64,000 nucleotides of DNA from Candidatus Babeliales bacterium (GCA_019749895.1 JAIEPG010000005.1:73371-137370); one strand, 5' to 3'. Counted from the first letter of the stretch, positions 47,424 to 56,145 are shown. Notes: generated by a model from the sequence alone, not told the origin. A program made the numbers and translations.

Positions 47424-49505
47424 TTAACTTGTTGAGTCGTAAAACAACTGCCCAGCCAAGTTGAGGGTTGCACCACTCAAAACGTAGGTATCCAAATCAA
47501 ACGAAGCGCCAGCAGTTGAGTTGCCAAGCGTAAGACCGTTGGTGAGTGCTTGGGTTGATGTGTCGAAGCGATACGAGACCGTCCACACTTCAAGCTCATC
47601 GTGCCCACCACCAGCACCGTTACCACCAATCGCTATATACTTGCCATCACGGCTCCACGCAACACCGTTGATTGCAGTCCCATAGTTGTAGCTTGCAACT
47701 TGGGCAATGGTGCTTGGCCGAACAAACTGGTAAAGCTTCAGCTCATTACCATCATCGGGACCCGTCCCTCCACCAACCAAATAGTTGCCATCGGGACTCC
47801 ATCGTATTTCAAAAGTCGATTGGTCTGCAGAAGAGTTATACGTCGTTGTGTCAACATCCTGAAAACTCCCACCAGGGTTAATTTCTTGTATTTTAAAGCG
47901 ACTCGTCGTATGCCCCGCGTTACTTAAGGCAGTAGCAAAAAACAATCCATCCGGAGTAAATTCTAACGAACGACCATCTGCACCAAGCCCACTATCTTGA
48001 ATAAGCGTAAGCGTACTGCCATCAAAAAGATACGTCCTCGTTTCTTGTAAATTATTTGCCGTACCACACAAGCCAAGGTACATACCATCAGGATGCCACC
48101 CCAAACCAGTCCCTCGTGCAAACGAAGCACCTAAATCAATACCATAAATAAAAGTCAGGCTTGCACCATCAAAATGGTAGAGTTGTAGCTCTGTCGATGG
48201 CAAATCATCATCAATCCCACATACCAGATAATGACCCGTTGGATGCCAAGCAAGCCCCTTCACTTCACCGGCTGACGTGAGATCAGTCACATCAAGCGTT
48301 ATTAAGGTTGTTCCATCAAAACTGTAAACCCTGACATCGTTGGTTGCATCACCAACAGCTGCCACAAAGCGACCGCTTGGGTGCCAACGCACGCGCCACA
48401 CTTCTGCACCACCACCAGTCCAATTATCACCGGTAACATACGTCAGCGTCGAGCCATTGAAACGGTAAATTTGAAATTCCATACCATTTGTTGGGCCTGT
48501 ACCACCAACGGCCAAATACCTACCATCTGGGCTCCAATCTACCGAACGCACACGCGTGCCATAACTTGCCGTAGTGAGTTGCACAAATCCATTCGCAACG
48601 GTGCTTGCTCGTGTACTGACCGTTACTTTGTTATCCAACCAGAAGCGACCCTTACTCAAGCGCATGCCGGTATGCGTTGTTTGCAACGTCGTTGAACTGC
48701 CGTTCAAATAAATTCCTGCCGATTTGTCTTGCTGCTGAATCAAACTTTTTGTTGTTGAACTTGGGTAGTAATACAGCGTAGTGCCTGGATCGAAGGTCAA
48801 AAGCGAATGTGGCAGAACATAACTTTGCATGACCGATTGATATACAAAACATGAAGTGCCGGTCACCACCACATCGTTTTCAAAAAACATACGACCAGTT
48901 CGAAACGGAAAGTCATCTGCCAAAGCCAACTCAACATTGTCCAACGTCACATGACCTTTTTGATCAAAGCAGCGAATAATAGGAATATGAGAACTGTTGC
49001 GCGTTGTTTTGAGCGTCATATTTTTAAGCGTTAATGAAACGTCTGAAGCAAGCAAGAGCTGCGCATGCGCCCCAAGCGTTAACGTGTGCCCATGGCCGTT
49101 AATAACGGTATCGTCAATAAATTGTACAATCGTATCGGTTGGCAAACTCAAAGAGCCACTAAGATGTATGGCATTGCCACGGCCATAAATTTTGCCGCTA
49201 CTGGACCACGTTGCATGAGCGTCTAAAAATAAATCACCACGCAAATCCAACGAACCAGTAGTACGCAAATCGATAGCGCCAGAAACGGTTACAAACGTAT
49301 CAAGCCCTGCAGACTGGCCAGCCAAAATAGTAAAGCCATTGTTCAAACGTACAAATCCTTTTGCCGTATCAAAATTACGAAAAACGTAATGCTTGTCTTG
49401 ATAAACAGGAGTCACCGTACCGTTTAAACTTGTTGCTTGAACAAGCCAGGAACAGCTTAATAAAACCAACAAAAAAAAGATAAAAAGCAGTACTTTCTTA
49501 CTCAT
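47424..49505 (-). CDS. Secreted modular protein, array paralog 5 of 5 (first in transcription order)
   Basis: MSKKVLLFIFFLLVLLSCSWLVQA|TSLNGT and the same architecture. An AAAGGAGAGAG RBS precedes the ATG. Confidence 0.85.
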   Translation of the reverse strand: MSKKVLLFIFFLLVLLSCSWLVQATSLNGTVTPVYQDKHYVFRNFDTAKGFVRLNNGFTILAGQSAGLDTFVTVSGAIDLRTTGSLDLRGDLFLDAHATWSSSGKIYGRGNAIHLSGSLSLPTDTIVQFIDDTVINGHGHTLTLGAHAQLLLASDVSLTLKNMTLKTTRNSSHIPIIRCFDQKGHVTLDNVELALADDFPFRTGRMFFENDVVVTGTSCFVYQSVMQSYVLPHSLLTFDPGTTLYYYPSSTTKSLIQQQDKSAGIYLNGSSTTLQTTHTGMRLSKGRFWLDNKVTVSTRASTVANGFVQLTTASYGTRVRSVDWSPDGRYLAVGGTGPTNGMEFQIYRFNGSTLTYVTGDNWTGGGAEVWRVRWHPSGRFVAAVGDATNDVRVYSFDGTTLITLDVTDLTSAGEVKGLAWHPTGHYLVCGIDDDLPSTELQLYHFDGASLTFIYGIDLGASFARGTGLGWHPDGMYLGLCGTANNLQETRTYLFDGSTLTLIQDSGLGADGRSLEFTPDGLFFATALSNAGHTTSRFKIQEINPGGSFQDVDTTTYNSSADQSTFEIRWSPDGNYLVGGGTGPDDGNELKLYQFVRPSTIAQVASYNYGTAINGVAWSRDGKYIAIGGNGAGGGHDELEVWTVSYRFDTSTQALTNGLTLGNSTAGASFDLDTYVLSGATLNLAGQLFYDSTS

Positions 49506-49563
49506 CTCTCTCCTTTATTTTTAAAAAACTTAGCAAAAGTATGCTTGTAGCTTGTATAAAAAA

Positions 49564-51216
49564 TCAAACAATCAGAAATTTTTGTAGCTGATAGTCCCAC
49601 GAAACCAAAACGGGATTATCTTTTTTCAACAATGCTTCAATAACAATCGAAATAGCCGTTGGTTCTCCTCTACTATTTTTTTCAAGAACAGTTAAAGAGC
49701 TCACTGAATTTTGTGTTGAAATATTTTTCGGAAAATAAAGATGTTCTGGATCGCAAGAACGCAGCTCAACCATCCCATTTTTTAGCTCAACCGTCATATG
49801 ATGCGGCTTTATCTCATAAAACGGCTCTGATTTAAAAGCAAAGGTATTAATGGTATAAAACACGGACATGCGCTTGGCACTACCACCCAACAGCCACAAG
49901 GCTTGGGCATTGCTACTACCAAACCAGTGCATGGGCAAGCCAACAAACCAAACCGCTCGATCATGAATTTTTTGATCAGCAACCAAGCCTTTAAAGGCTG
50001 TGATGATCGTGTTCAAAACACGCTCTTTGGTGCGCTGTCGGTAAAAAAAACTGGTAGCATTTACTGCTAAAAGAATAAATAAAAAAGGGTACAAGCCCCA
50101 CGCGGGTACAGAAAAACGAGATGTGTAATAAGAAACTGCATACAAAATAATACCAAACAAAAACGGCAAACCAACGTACAAATAGCGCGGTTGATAGTAC
50201 AAAAGCAAAGCCGGCCAAGTAAAAAGAATTATACTGCCAACAAGAAAGCACAGCTCTTTGTACTGCCTGCGCGCAAAAAACGGCCACACTAAACAACTGA
50301 GTAGTAACACAACCAAACTACCCTTGAGCAAACGATTGCCACTGGGAATAAGACCAACGTACAGATAATCGCAGACATAGCTGATCCAATCTCCTAAACG
50401 CTCTTTTTGACGTGCAACAAACACATCAAACGTTTGCTTAAAATTCCCACCCAAAACCTTTATCTGCAACGGAAACAGCCACAAGCGCACTACCAAATAA
50501 AAAAAAGCACCTGCCCAATAACCAAGCGACACACGTAGTGCCCGGCCAGCATACTGCCACAGAGCCCCACCCTGCGTAAACGAACAGTAAAACATGGTCG
50601 CCGCAAAGGCCCAGACGGGAAAAACAATTAATGTTTCTTTTGCAAAAATGCTCAGTGTCATAATGCTGCACGAGAGCAAATACCACAGACATTTTTTGCT
50701 GTCTAAATAGCGTTTTAAACAATACGCAGCGCCCAACAAATACAACACATCAACAATATAAATTTGACAGGTAAAAACGCCAATCCAATGCTCAAGGCTG
50801 GGGTGCAGCGCAAAAAACATGGCACCAAAAAAGGCCAGTGGTAAGCCAAAAAAAGTAAAAAATATGTTAAATAGCACAACCGAAATTAATGCGTGAAGCG
50901 TAATAACACAGATCAGCAAAGCGTACGGATTGATACCAAAAAACCAGCTTTCTAAACCAAAGAGCACAAATTGCATGGGCCGGTACAAAACCGAAGCAAA
51001 CGTTAACGGTATTGCCGGATAATTTGAAGGATTAAAAGCATGACCAATATCGTGTGGCGCAAAAAATGAAAAGAGATCAGAAAGTTTGTGTAGTTGAGCA
51101 TGCAACAAAAAACCACAATCGTCATTAATAAACCCCCAATTAAAAAATGGTAAGGCAAGAATTGCCAAAATGCTCACAAAAATAAACACCGAAAAAAAGA
51201 GTCTTTTTTTCTCCAT
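49564..51216 (-). CDS. GT-C-fold-like polytopic membrane protein (TMTC/PMT-like), paralog family member, immediately upstream of the array
   Basis: WGFINDDCGFLLHA follows TM1. LYRPMQFVLFGLE and LHALISVVLFNIFF are shared with the proteins at 60517 and 62178. The start at 51216 lies 8 nt after GAAAGG. Confidence 0.65.
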   Translation of the reverse strand: MEKKRLFFSVFIFVSILAILALPFFNWGFINDDCGFLLHAQLHKLSDLFSFFAPHDIGHAFNPSNYPAIPLTFASVLYRPMQFVLFGLESWFFGINPYALLICVITLHALISVVLFNIFFTFFGLPLAFFGAMFFALHPSLEHWIGVFTCQIYIVDVLYLLGAAYCLKRYLDSKKCLWYLLSCSIMTLSIFAKETLIVFPVWAFAATMFYCSFTQGGALWQYAGRALRVSLGYWAGAFFYLVVRLWLFPLQIKVLGGNFKQTFDVFVARQKERLGDWISYVCDYLYVGLIPSGNRLLKGSLVVLLLSCLVWPFFARRQYKELCFLVGSIILFTWPALLLYYQPRYLYVGLPFLFGIILYAVSYYTSRFSVPAWGLYPFLFILLAVNATSFFYRQRTKERVLNTIITAFKGLVADQKIHDRAVWFVGLPMHWFGSSNAQALWLLGGSAKRMSVFYTINTFAFKSEPFYEIKPHHMTVELKNGMVELRSCDPEHLYFPKNISTQNSVSSLTVLEKNSRGEPTAISIVIEALLKKDNPVLVSWDYQLQKFLIV

Positions 51217-51296
51217 ACCCATCACCTTTCTCTCGATTGGATCTTTACTCCTTTGGTTAATGCTATAGTATTTAGGCAGAGAAAGAAAGGAGTAGC

Positions 51297-53360
51297 GTGC
51301 TGAAAAATTTTCATAAATTTAAGATCCAATACCTCTTAATAATTGGAATTTTTACTCTTAAAATTATTGCGCTCATTCTCTTTTCTTCAGACTACATGGA
51401 GCAACTTTTTGTCCCATTTATTGAGCACTTTGTACAAAGCTTTGGTAACCCCTGGCAATATTTTTTTGACTGTCAGTCGGCCGTAGAGTTTCCTTACCAC
51501 CCGCTCATGCTTTATCTTTTATCGCTGTGCTACCTACCACTCAAACTTTTGGGTATTAACAGGCAAGCACTTGCAACCATTGCGCTCAAACTACCAACGC
51601 TGTGTGCTGACGTAAGCATTACCTACCTGCTACTTAAAACGTTTCCAACGCGAACTCAAGAAGTAGCTCTTTTTTATTACGCATCGCCCATAATTTTTTA
51701 CGCAGCCTACCTGCATTCACAACTCGACCTGATACCAACTGCTATCCTGTTTTTGAGTATTTACTTGCTCAAACAAGACAAAGTTTTTTTTGCATCGCTC
51801 ATACTGGGCTGCGCCCTGAGCACGAAGCTACACGTTATTGCAGCGGCACCAATCATGGCTATTTATGTACTCAAAAATTATTCGTTTAAAAAAATGATTA
51901 CGTTTAGCGCTACTGTGCTGACCGTTTATTGTTTTTTTGTAGCTCCATTTATTTTGAGCACCGGCTACTATCATTTGGTGCTCACCCACCCCAAACAAAT
52001 GCTGCTGTTTGATGTCTTTGCACAATTTGGGACCCTCAAGCTCTACCTGCCGGTGTGCGCCCTGCTTACGCTGTATGGCCGATTTTTTACGTACGAAAAA
52101 ATTAACAACGATCTCATGGACGCATTTTTAGGCATCGTCTTTTCGTTTTTTGTGCTACTCATTATACCCGCGCCAGCGTGGTATATGTGGATGCTGCCAT
52201 TTTTAAGCACGGTTTTAATTAAACAATCAGACAACAACCACAACATGCTCTGGACCTATGCAGGCTTGAACAGCTTGTATTTCATATTTTTTATCTTTTT
52301 TTATCAATCCACCTGTAACGATTTATTGTTTTTAGGCACCCCCGTCAACTTTAAAATATCGCATCAAACGTTATGCAACATCACCTTTACGCTGCTTGAG
52401 GCAACGCTGCTCTTGCTGATTTATTGCATGTACAAATTTGGCGTGCGCAGCAATGCCATTTATAAAAAAACACACAGCCTGATTATTGGGATTGGTGGCG
52501 ACAGCGGTGCGGGCAAAAGTACGTTTATGCACGACTTACACGTTATTTTGGGCGCCAAAGCAACCATGCTTGAAGGCGATGGCGACCACCGCTGGGAGCG
52601 AAACGACCAGCACTGGCAAGAATTTACACACTTGGACCCAAAAGCCAACTACCTACACCGGCAAGCCGAAAACCTTTTAAGTTTAAAAATGGGTCAGGCA
52701 ATTAAACGTACTGATTACAACCACACCAGCGGCACCTTTGACCCAGCACGCTTAATTAAACCAACTGATTTTATTTGCTTGAGCGGCCTGCATCCACTCT
52801 ACCTGCCCAAAATGCGTAAACTAATCGACGTCAAAATTTATTTAGACCCGGCCCCAGATATTCGCGCGCATTGGAAAATTGTACGTGATATGCACAAGCG
52901 CGGATACTCAAAAGAAAAAGTAATCGAACAACTCAACAAACGCGCCATTGACGGCCAAAAATATATTGAACCGCAAAAAAATTTTAGCGATTTAATTGTT
53001 CATTATTTCACCGACCAACCATTTGAAATTGGCAACCCACACGAACATCCACACATCAAACTCAAAATCACGCTCGATTCAAGCGTACGCCTTGATCAAT
53101 TAATTCAAGAACTTACCAAAGCAAACATCAACTTTGTGTGGGATTACGCAGCAGATTTAAGATCGCAATACCTAATATTATCACAACCAATTGCGCACAC
53201 AGTGTTACCAACAATCGCTCAAAACATTTTAGTAAATATTGAAGAGTTAACCGTACAAAACAACTTGTGGGCGCAGGGTTATCGCGGTTTTTTGCAATTG
53301 ATAACTCTGCTCATTATGAGCGAAAAAATGAGAGAAAAGGATATTTATGAACGAGCTTAA
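51297..53360 (+). CDS. Fusion protein: N-terminal polytopic membrane domain (about 380 aa) plus a C-terminal PRK/uridine-kinase-family P-loop kinase domain
   Basis: The GTG start is preceded by GAAAGGAG. Hydrophobic segments run through about aa 380. Then come IIGIGGDSGAGKSTF (P-loop at about nt 52488-52523), ...GDGDHRWERND..., ...LSGLHPLY..., ...DVKIYLDP....IRAHWKIVRDM.KRGYS, typical of the phosphoribulokinase/uridine kinase family. Confidence 0.7.
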   Translation: MLKNFHKFKIQYLLIIGIFTLKIIALILFSSDYMEQLFVPFIEHFVQSFGNPWQYFFDCQSAVEFPYHPLMLYLLSLCYLPLKLLGINRQALATIALKLPTLCADVSITYLLLKTFPTRTQEVALFYYASPIIFYAAYLHSQLDLIPTAILFLSIYLLKQDKVFFASLILGCALSTKLHVIAAAPIMAIYVLKNYSFKKMITFSATVLTVYCFFVAPFILSTGYYHLVLTHPKQMLLFDVFAQFGTLKLYLPVCALLTLYGRFFTYEKINNDLMDAFLGIVFSFFVLLIIPAPAWYMWMLPFLSTVLIKQSDNNHNMLWTYAGLNSLYFIFFIFFYQSTCNDLLFLGTPVNFKISHQTLCNITFTLLEATLLLLIYCMYKFGVRSNAIYKKTHSLIIGIGGDSGAGKSTFMHDLHVILGAKATMLEGDGDHRWERNDQHWQEFTHLDPKANYLHRQAENLLSLKMGQAIKRTDYNHTSGTFDPARLIKPTDFICLSGLHPLYLPKMRKLIDVKIYLDPAPDIRAHWKIVRDMHKRGYSKEKVIEQLNKRAIDGQKYIEPQKNFSDLIVHYFTDQPFEIGNPHEHPHIKLKITLDSSVRLDQLIQELTKANINFVWDYAADLRSQYLILSQPIAHTVLPTIAQNILVNIEELTVQNNLWAQGYRGFLQLITLLIMSEKMREKDIYERA

Positions 53361-54423
53361 CAATTTTGTACATTTATCCAAATATGCCGGCCAACGCTTC
53401 GATCTGGTGCAAGCGGGCGGAGGCAACAGCTCCGTCAAACTAAAAGACGGCTCGTTGCTCATAAAAGCTTCAGGCTTTTCACTTTCTGAAGTTGAAACAA
53501 CAACCGGGTATGCTATTGTTGATAACCAAAAACTTGTAGCAACGGCCTTTGATCCAAAAATTTTTACTATTGCCGACAAATATGAACGCGAGCAAGCAGC
53601 AAAAAAAAGAGTCGATCAAGCACTTATTCAAGCAACCCACCGTCCATCAATTGAAACATTATTACACTCGCTACTCGACAAATACACGCTACACACCCAC
53701 CCCATCGCGTTAAACAGCCTTGCCTGCAAAGCAAACTGGAAAGAGTTATTTTTTTCATTACTGCCCGATGCTTTACTGGTTGATTATCACACACCCGGCA
53801 TTGATTTGGCCCTGGCACTCAAGCAGGGAATTATCGATCTGGGAATCTCGCCAAATATTATTATCTTACAAAATCATGGCTTAATTGTTACAGCAGCAAC
53901 AGCCGAAGAAGTGATTTTTTTAACCGAACAAACGTTGGCAATTGTTGAAGAGTTTTTGGATATTAGCTTCGAGCCCTACAAGTTTACCACGCAGATATCT
54001 AAGCTCTGCAACACACTAGCCAATAACGTTAGTACGGTTGCTTACCTTTCGCGAGATCGCGAACTTACCAGCCTAGCACTTAACAACAAAGAGATTCTTT
54101 TCTTGCCACCTTTTTGTCCCGACGCATTAGTTTATTGCGGGGCCAGCGCTCTGGAACTGGCAAACCTCAACGATACACAACCAGTATCTGATTATTTTTT
54201 GCAATATCATGAACTACCCAAAGTTATCGTGTATCAAAACCATCTGTTTTTTATTGCTCATAACATAAAAAAAGCAAAAGAAATTGAAGAAGTCTATAAG
54301 TTTCATATACTCGCACTTCACGCAGCCTACCAAATTCCTGGCCCGGTTAATTATCTTTCACCACAAGAGCTGAGTTATTTGAATAACTGGGAAGCCGAAA
54401 AATATCGACAAAAAAGGGCATAA
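53347..54423 (+). CDS. Class II aldolase/adducin-domain protein (rhamnulose-1-phosphate-aldolase-like N-domain type)
   Basis: GGGNSSVK near the N-terminus and LHTHP metal-binding-like histidines. It overlaps the kinase fusion gene by 14 nt. Confidence 0.6.
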   Translation: MNELNNFVHLSKYAGQRFDLVQAGGGNSSVKLKDGSLLIKASGFSLSEVETTTGYAIVDNQKLVATAFDPKIFTIADKYEREQAAKKRVDQALIQATHRPSIETLLHSLLDKYTLHTHPIALNSLACKANWKELFFSLLPDALLVDYHTPGIDLALALKQGIIDLGISPNIIILQNHGLIVTAATAEEVIFLTEQTLAIVEEFLDISFEPYKFTTQISKLCNTLANNVSTVAYLSRDRELTSLALNNKEILFLPPFCPDALVYCGASALELANLNDTQPVSDYFLQYHELPKVIVYQNHLFFIAHNIKKAKEIEEVYKFHILALHAAYQIPGPVNYLSPQELSYLNNWEAEKYRQKRA

Positions 54424-54427
54424 AAAA

Positions 54428-54461
54428 AGCGCCGCATTGTTTTAAATTCGGCGCTTTTTTT
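54428..54461. terminator. Bidirectional rho-independent terminator between convergent genes
   Basis: An A7 run, then the stem agcgccg / cggcgct with a 14-nt loop, then T7. Confidence 0.65.
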
Positions 54462-54478
54462 ATACATTTAAAAAATTA

Positions 54479-55891
54479 TTAATTGGCTGTTTGATCAGCA
54501 ACACCTGTTTTTGCTTGTTTACGAGCAGCTTGACGTTTATACCTGCGAGCCTGACGTTGCTGCTTACGAGCAGCTTGACGTTTTTGCTTACGAACTTGGC
54601 GTTTAGTAACTTTCTGATCTGATACAGCAGAGGCTTGTGTTTCAGCTGCTGCTGGCATTACTGTGGTTGTTACGGTTGCTGCTGCAGGAACTGAAACAAC
54701 AGTTGCTGGCACAGCAGCCGGTTCGGCTGGCGCCATTGTTAGATCAGTATCCACCAAACCAGCTATTGTTGTAACGGTTGGCGTTGTTGAAGTAGTTACA
54801 ACTACTGGCGTTGCTGTAGCAGGTGTTGTAACCGTTGTAGTTGTAGCTGGTGTAGCAGCCGGTTTTGTAGCACGGGCTGGTAATGCTTGGCTATAACGGC
54901 CTCTAAAACCAGGCCTATCCAGAAACAAACGACTACGACTACCAAATTTCTGCAATAAATCATCGATATATTGATCAATTTTCGTTTTATTCTCAACGCT
55001 CACTAAATTATTATTCGAAAGATTAATCAAAAGAGCTTGAAAAATCATACTTTCTGAACGAGAACTATTGGCTTCTTCACGTATCTTTTCTTTATCAATC
55101 AAGATCATTAACTGAAGTTGATCTGGATCTGATAAAACTTTACCTTGAGCATTTTTTATTAATGCTGCAATAGTAACCAAGTTTTCTACTCCATCACGAC
55201 TTTGAAGCTTTTTCTGAATATCGTCAATGCTCATATTACCCAAGAAATTACGCGCAGCTGATTGCATTCTTGCTTGATTCCAAGTTTCAATAGCAGCCTG
55301 AAGTTTTGCTTGTTTCTCTTGAGTAAGAAGTTTTTTGCTAAAAATATACCCAAAAACTGGAAGCGCGCCTCGAACATGCGTACCGGCTTTAAGTACCGTT
55401 ACTTTAGCATTCATCACTTGTGTCAAAAGATCTACAACCTTATCTTGGTCTGCAGCCGCTAAAGCTTTATCACCAGCCGCTTCAAGAATAGCTAAAACTT
55501 GACTCAAAGAATCACCCTGCGACTTAGTTTCATCAAGCCATTTACTTATACCATCTTTAATTTGTGCCACGGTAAAATTTTGACTCAATAATGCTTGCAT
55601 GGCACCAGGCCCCGCAACACCCCAACGGCCAGCTCGAACACCCTTAAATGCACGATGATAGGGAGATTGAGGGCTCATAGAGTCACGTGATGATCGACTT
55701 TGACCCCAACGGCCAGCTTGGCGCTTGTAACCACCGCGTGAACCACCTCGGCGCTTTGAAGCCTGTGCTGACGGCTCAGCAATCTTCTCAGCTGATGCAG
55801 TATCGGCAGCTTCTGCCGCATGCATAAAATTGGCGAAAAGCACAAAACTGGCAAGCAGTGCCAACAAGAACATTTGTCTCGAAATCTTCAT
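54479..55891 (-). CDS. Secreted protein with a Thr/Pro/Ala/Val-rich mucin-like region and a basic KRQ-repeat tail
   Basis: Signal peptide MKISRQMFLLALLASFVLFANFMHAAEA. A low-complexity stretch reads ATKPAATPATTTTVTTPATATPVVVTTSTTPTVTT. The C-terminus is KRQVRKQKRQAARKQQRQARRYKRQAARKQ. Confidence 0.75.
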   Translation of the reverse strand: MKISRQMFLLALLASFVLFANFMHAAEAADTASAEKIAEPSAQASKRRGGSRGGYKRQAGRWGQSRSSRDSMSPQSPYHRAFKGVRAGRWGVAGPGAMQALLSQNFTVAQIKDGISKWLDETKSQGDSLSQVLAILEAAGDKALAAADQDKVVDLLTQVMNAKVTVLKAGTHVRGALPVFGYIFSKKLLTQEKQAKLQAAIETWNQARMQSAARNFLGNMSIDDIQKKLQSRDGVENLVTIAALIKNAQGKVLSDPDQLQLMILIDKEKIREEANSSRSESMIFQALLINLSNNNLVSVENKTKIDQYIDDLLQKFGSRSRLFLDRPGFRGRYSQALPARATKPAATPATTTTVTTPATATPVVVTTSTTPTVTTIAGLVDTDLTMAPAEPAAVPATVVSVPAAATVTTTVMPAAAETQASAVSDQKVTKRQVRKQKRQAARKQQRQARRYKRQAARKQAKTGVADQTAN

Positions 55892-56117
55892 AAAACTCCC
55901 TTTTTGATTACTTTTAGGCTTTTAATACACTCTACAACCTAATTTGAGAATAGCCATTTTGATTTCTATTTGTCAATTTAATTACTAAGATTTTTAAATT
56001 ATGAAGCTCTGTCGTTATTTTTAGCAAAACATTCGCAAATCAACAACCTTTCAAACATAAAGAAAATTTGTAAACTGCATTTTTATACGCAGCCCTTTTT
56101 CTAAACGCCATCCATTC

Positions 56118-56145
56118 TTGACCAATCCTTCCCACAAGTTATGCT
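56118..56145 (+). promoter_or_regulatory. Conserved promoter cassette P1 (TTGACC-N16-TATGCT)
   Basis: One of four near-identical copies of the pattern TTGA(C/T)C-N16(..CCCAC/TCACC..AG.)-TATGCT(G/A)C, each upstream of a gene in the 56.1-58.6 kb block. Confidence 0.6.

Larger units (their letters stand above)
38953..49505 (-). repeat. Tandem array of five gene-plus-spacer units of about 2.1 kb
   Basis: Stops are spaced 2089, 2146, 2117 and 2119 nt apart. The 52-56-nt spacers are conserved (cattactactccct..ttctact..ctcttttttta..tctaaatttttt). The DNA string tcatatttttgagcgtcaacgaaacatctgaagcaagcaacaattgtgc occurs in copies 1, 3 and 4. Confidence 0.9.

Noticed and set aside
38953-49505. I considered whether the periodic repeats of about 2.1 kb are a CRISPR-like or satellite array, or an assembly artefact.
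   Set aside because: Each unit is a complete, intact ORF with its own RBS, and the copies differ substantially in their central thirds. This is a protein-coding paralog array, not a CRISPR array or simple satellite. Collapse or expansion by assembly cannot be excluded without reads.
54663-54896. A plus-strand ORF encoding VVTVAAAGTETTVAGTAAGSAG....
   Set aside because: It is the antisense shadow of the Thr/Pro/Ala/Val low-complexity tract of 54479..55891. The compositional bias keeps both strands open.
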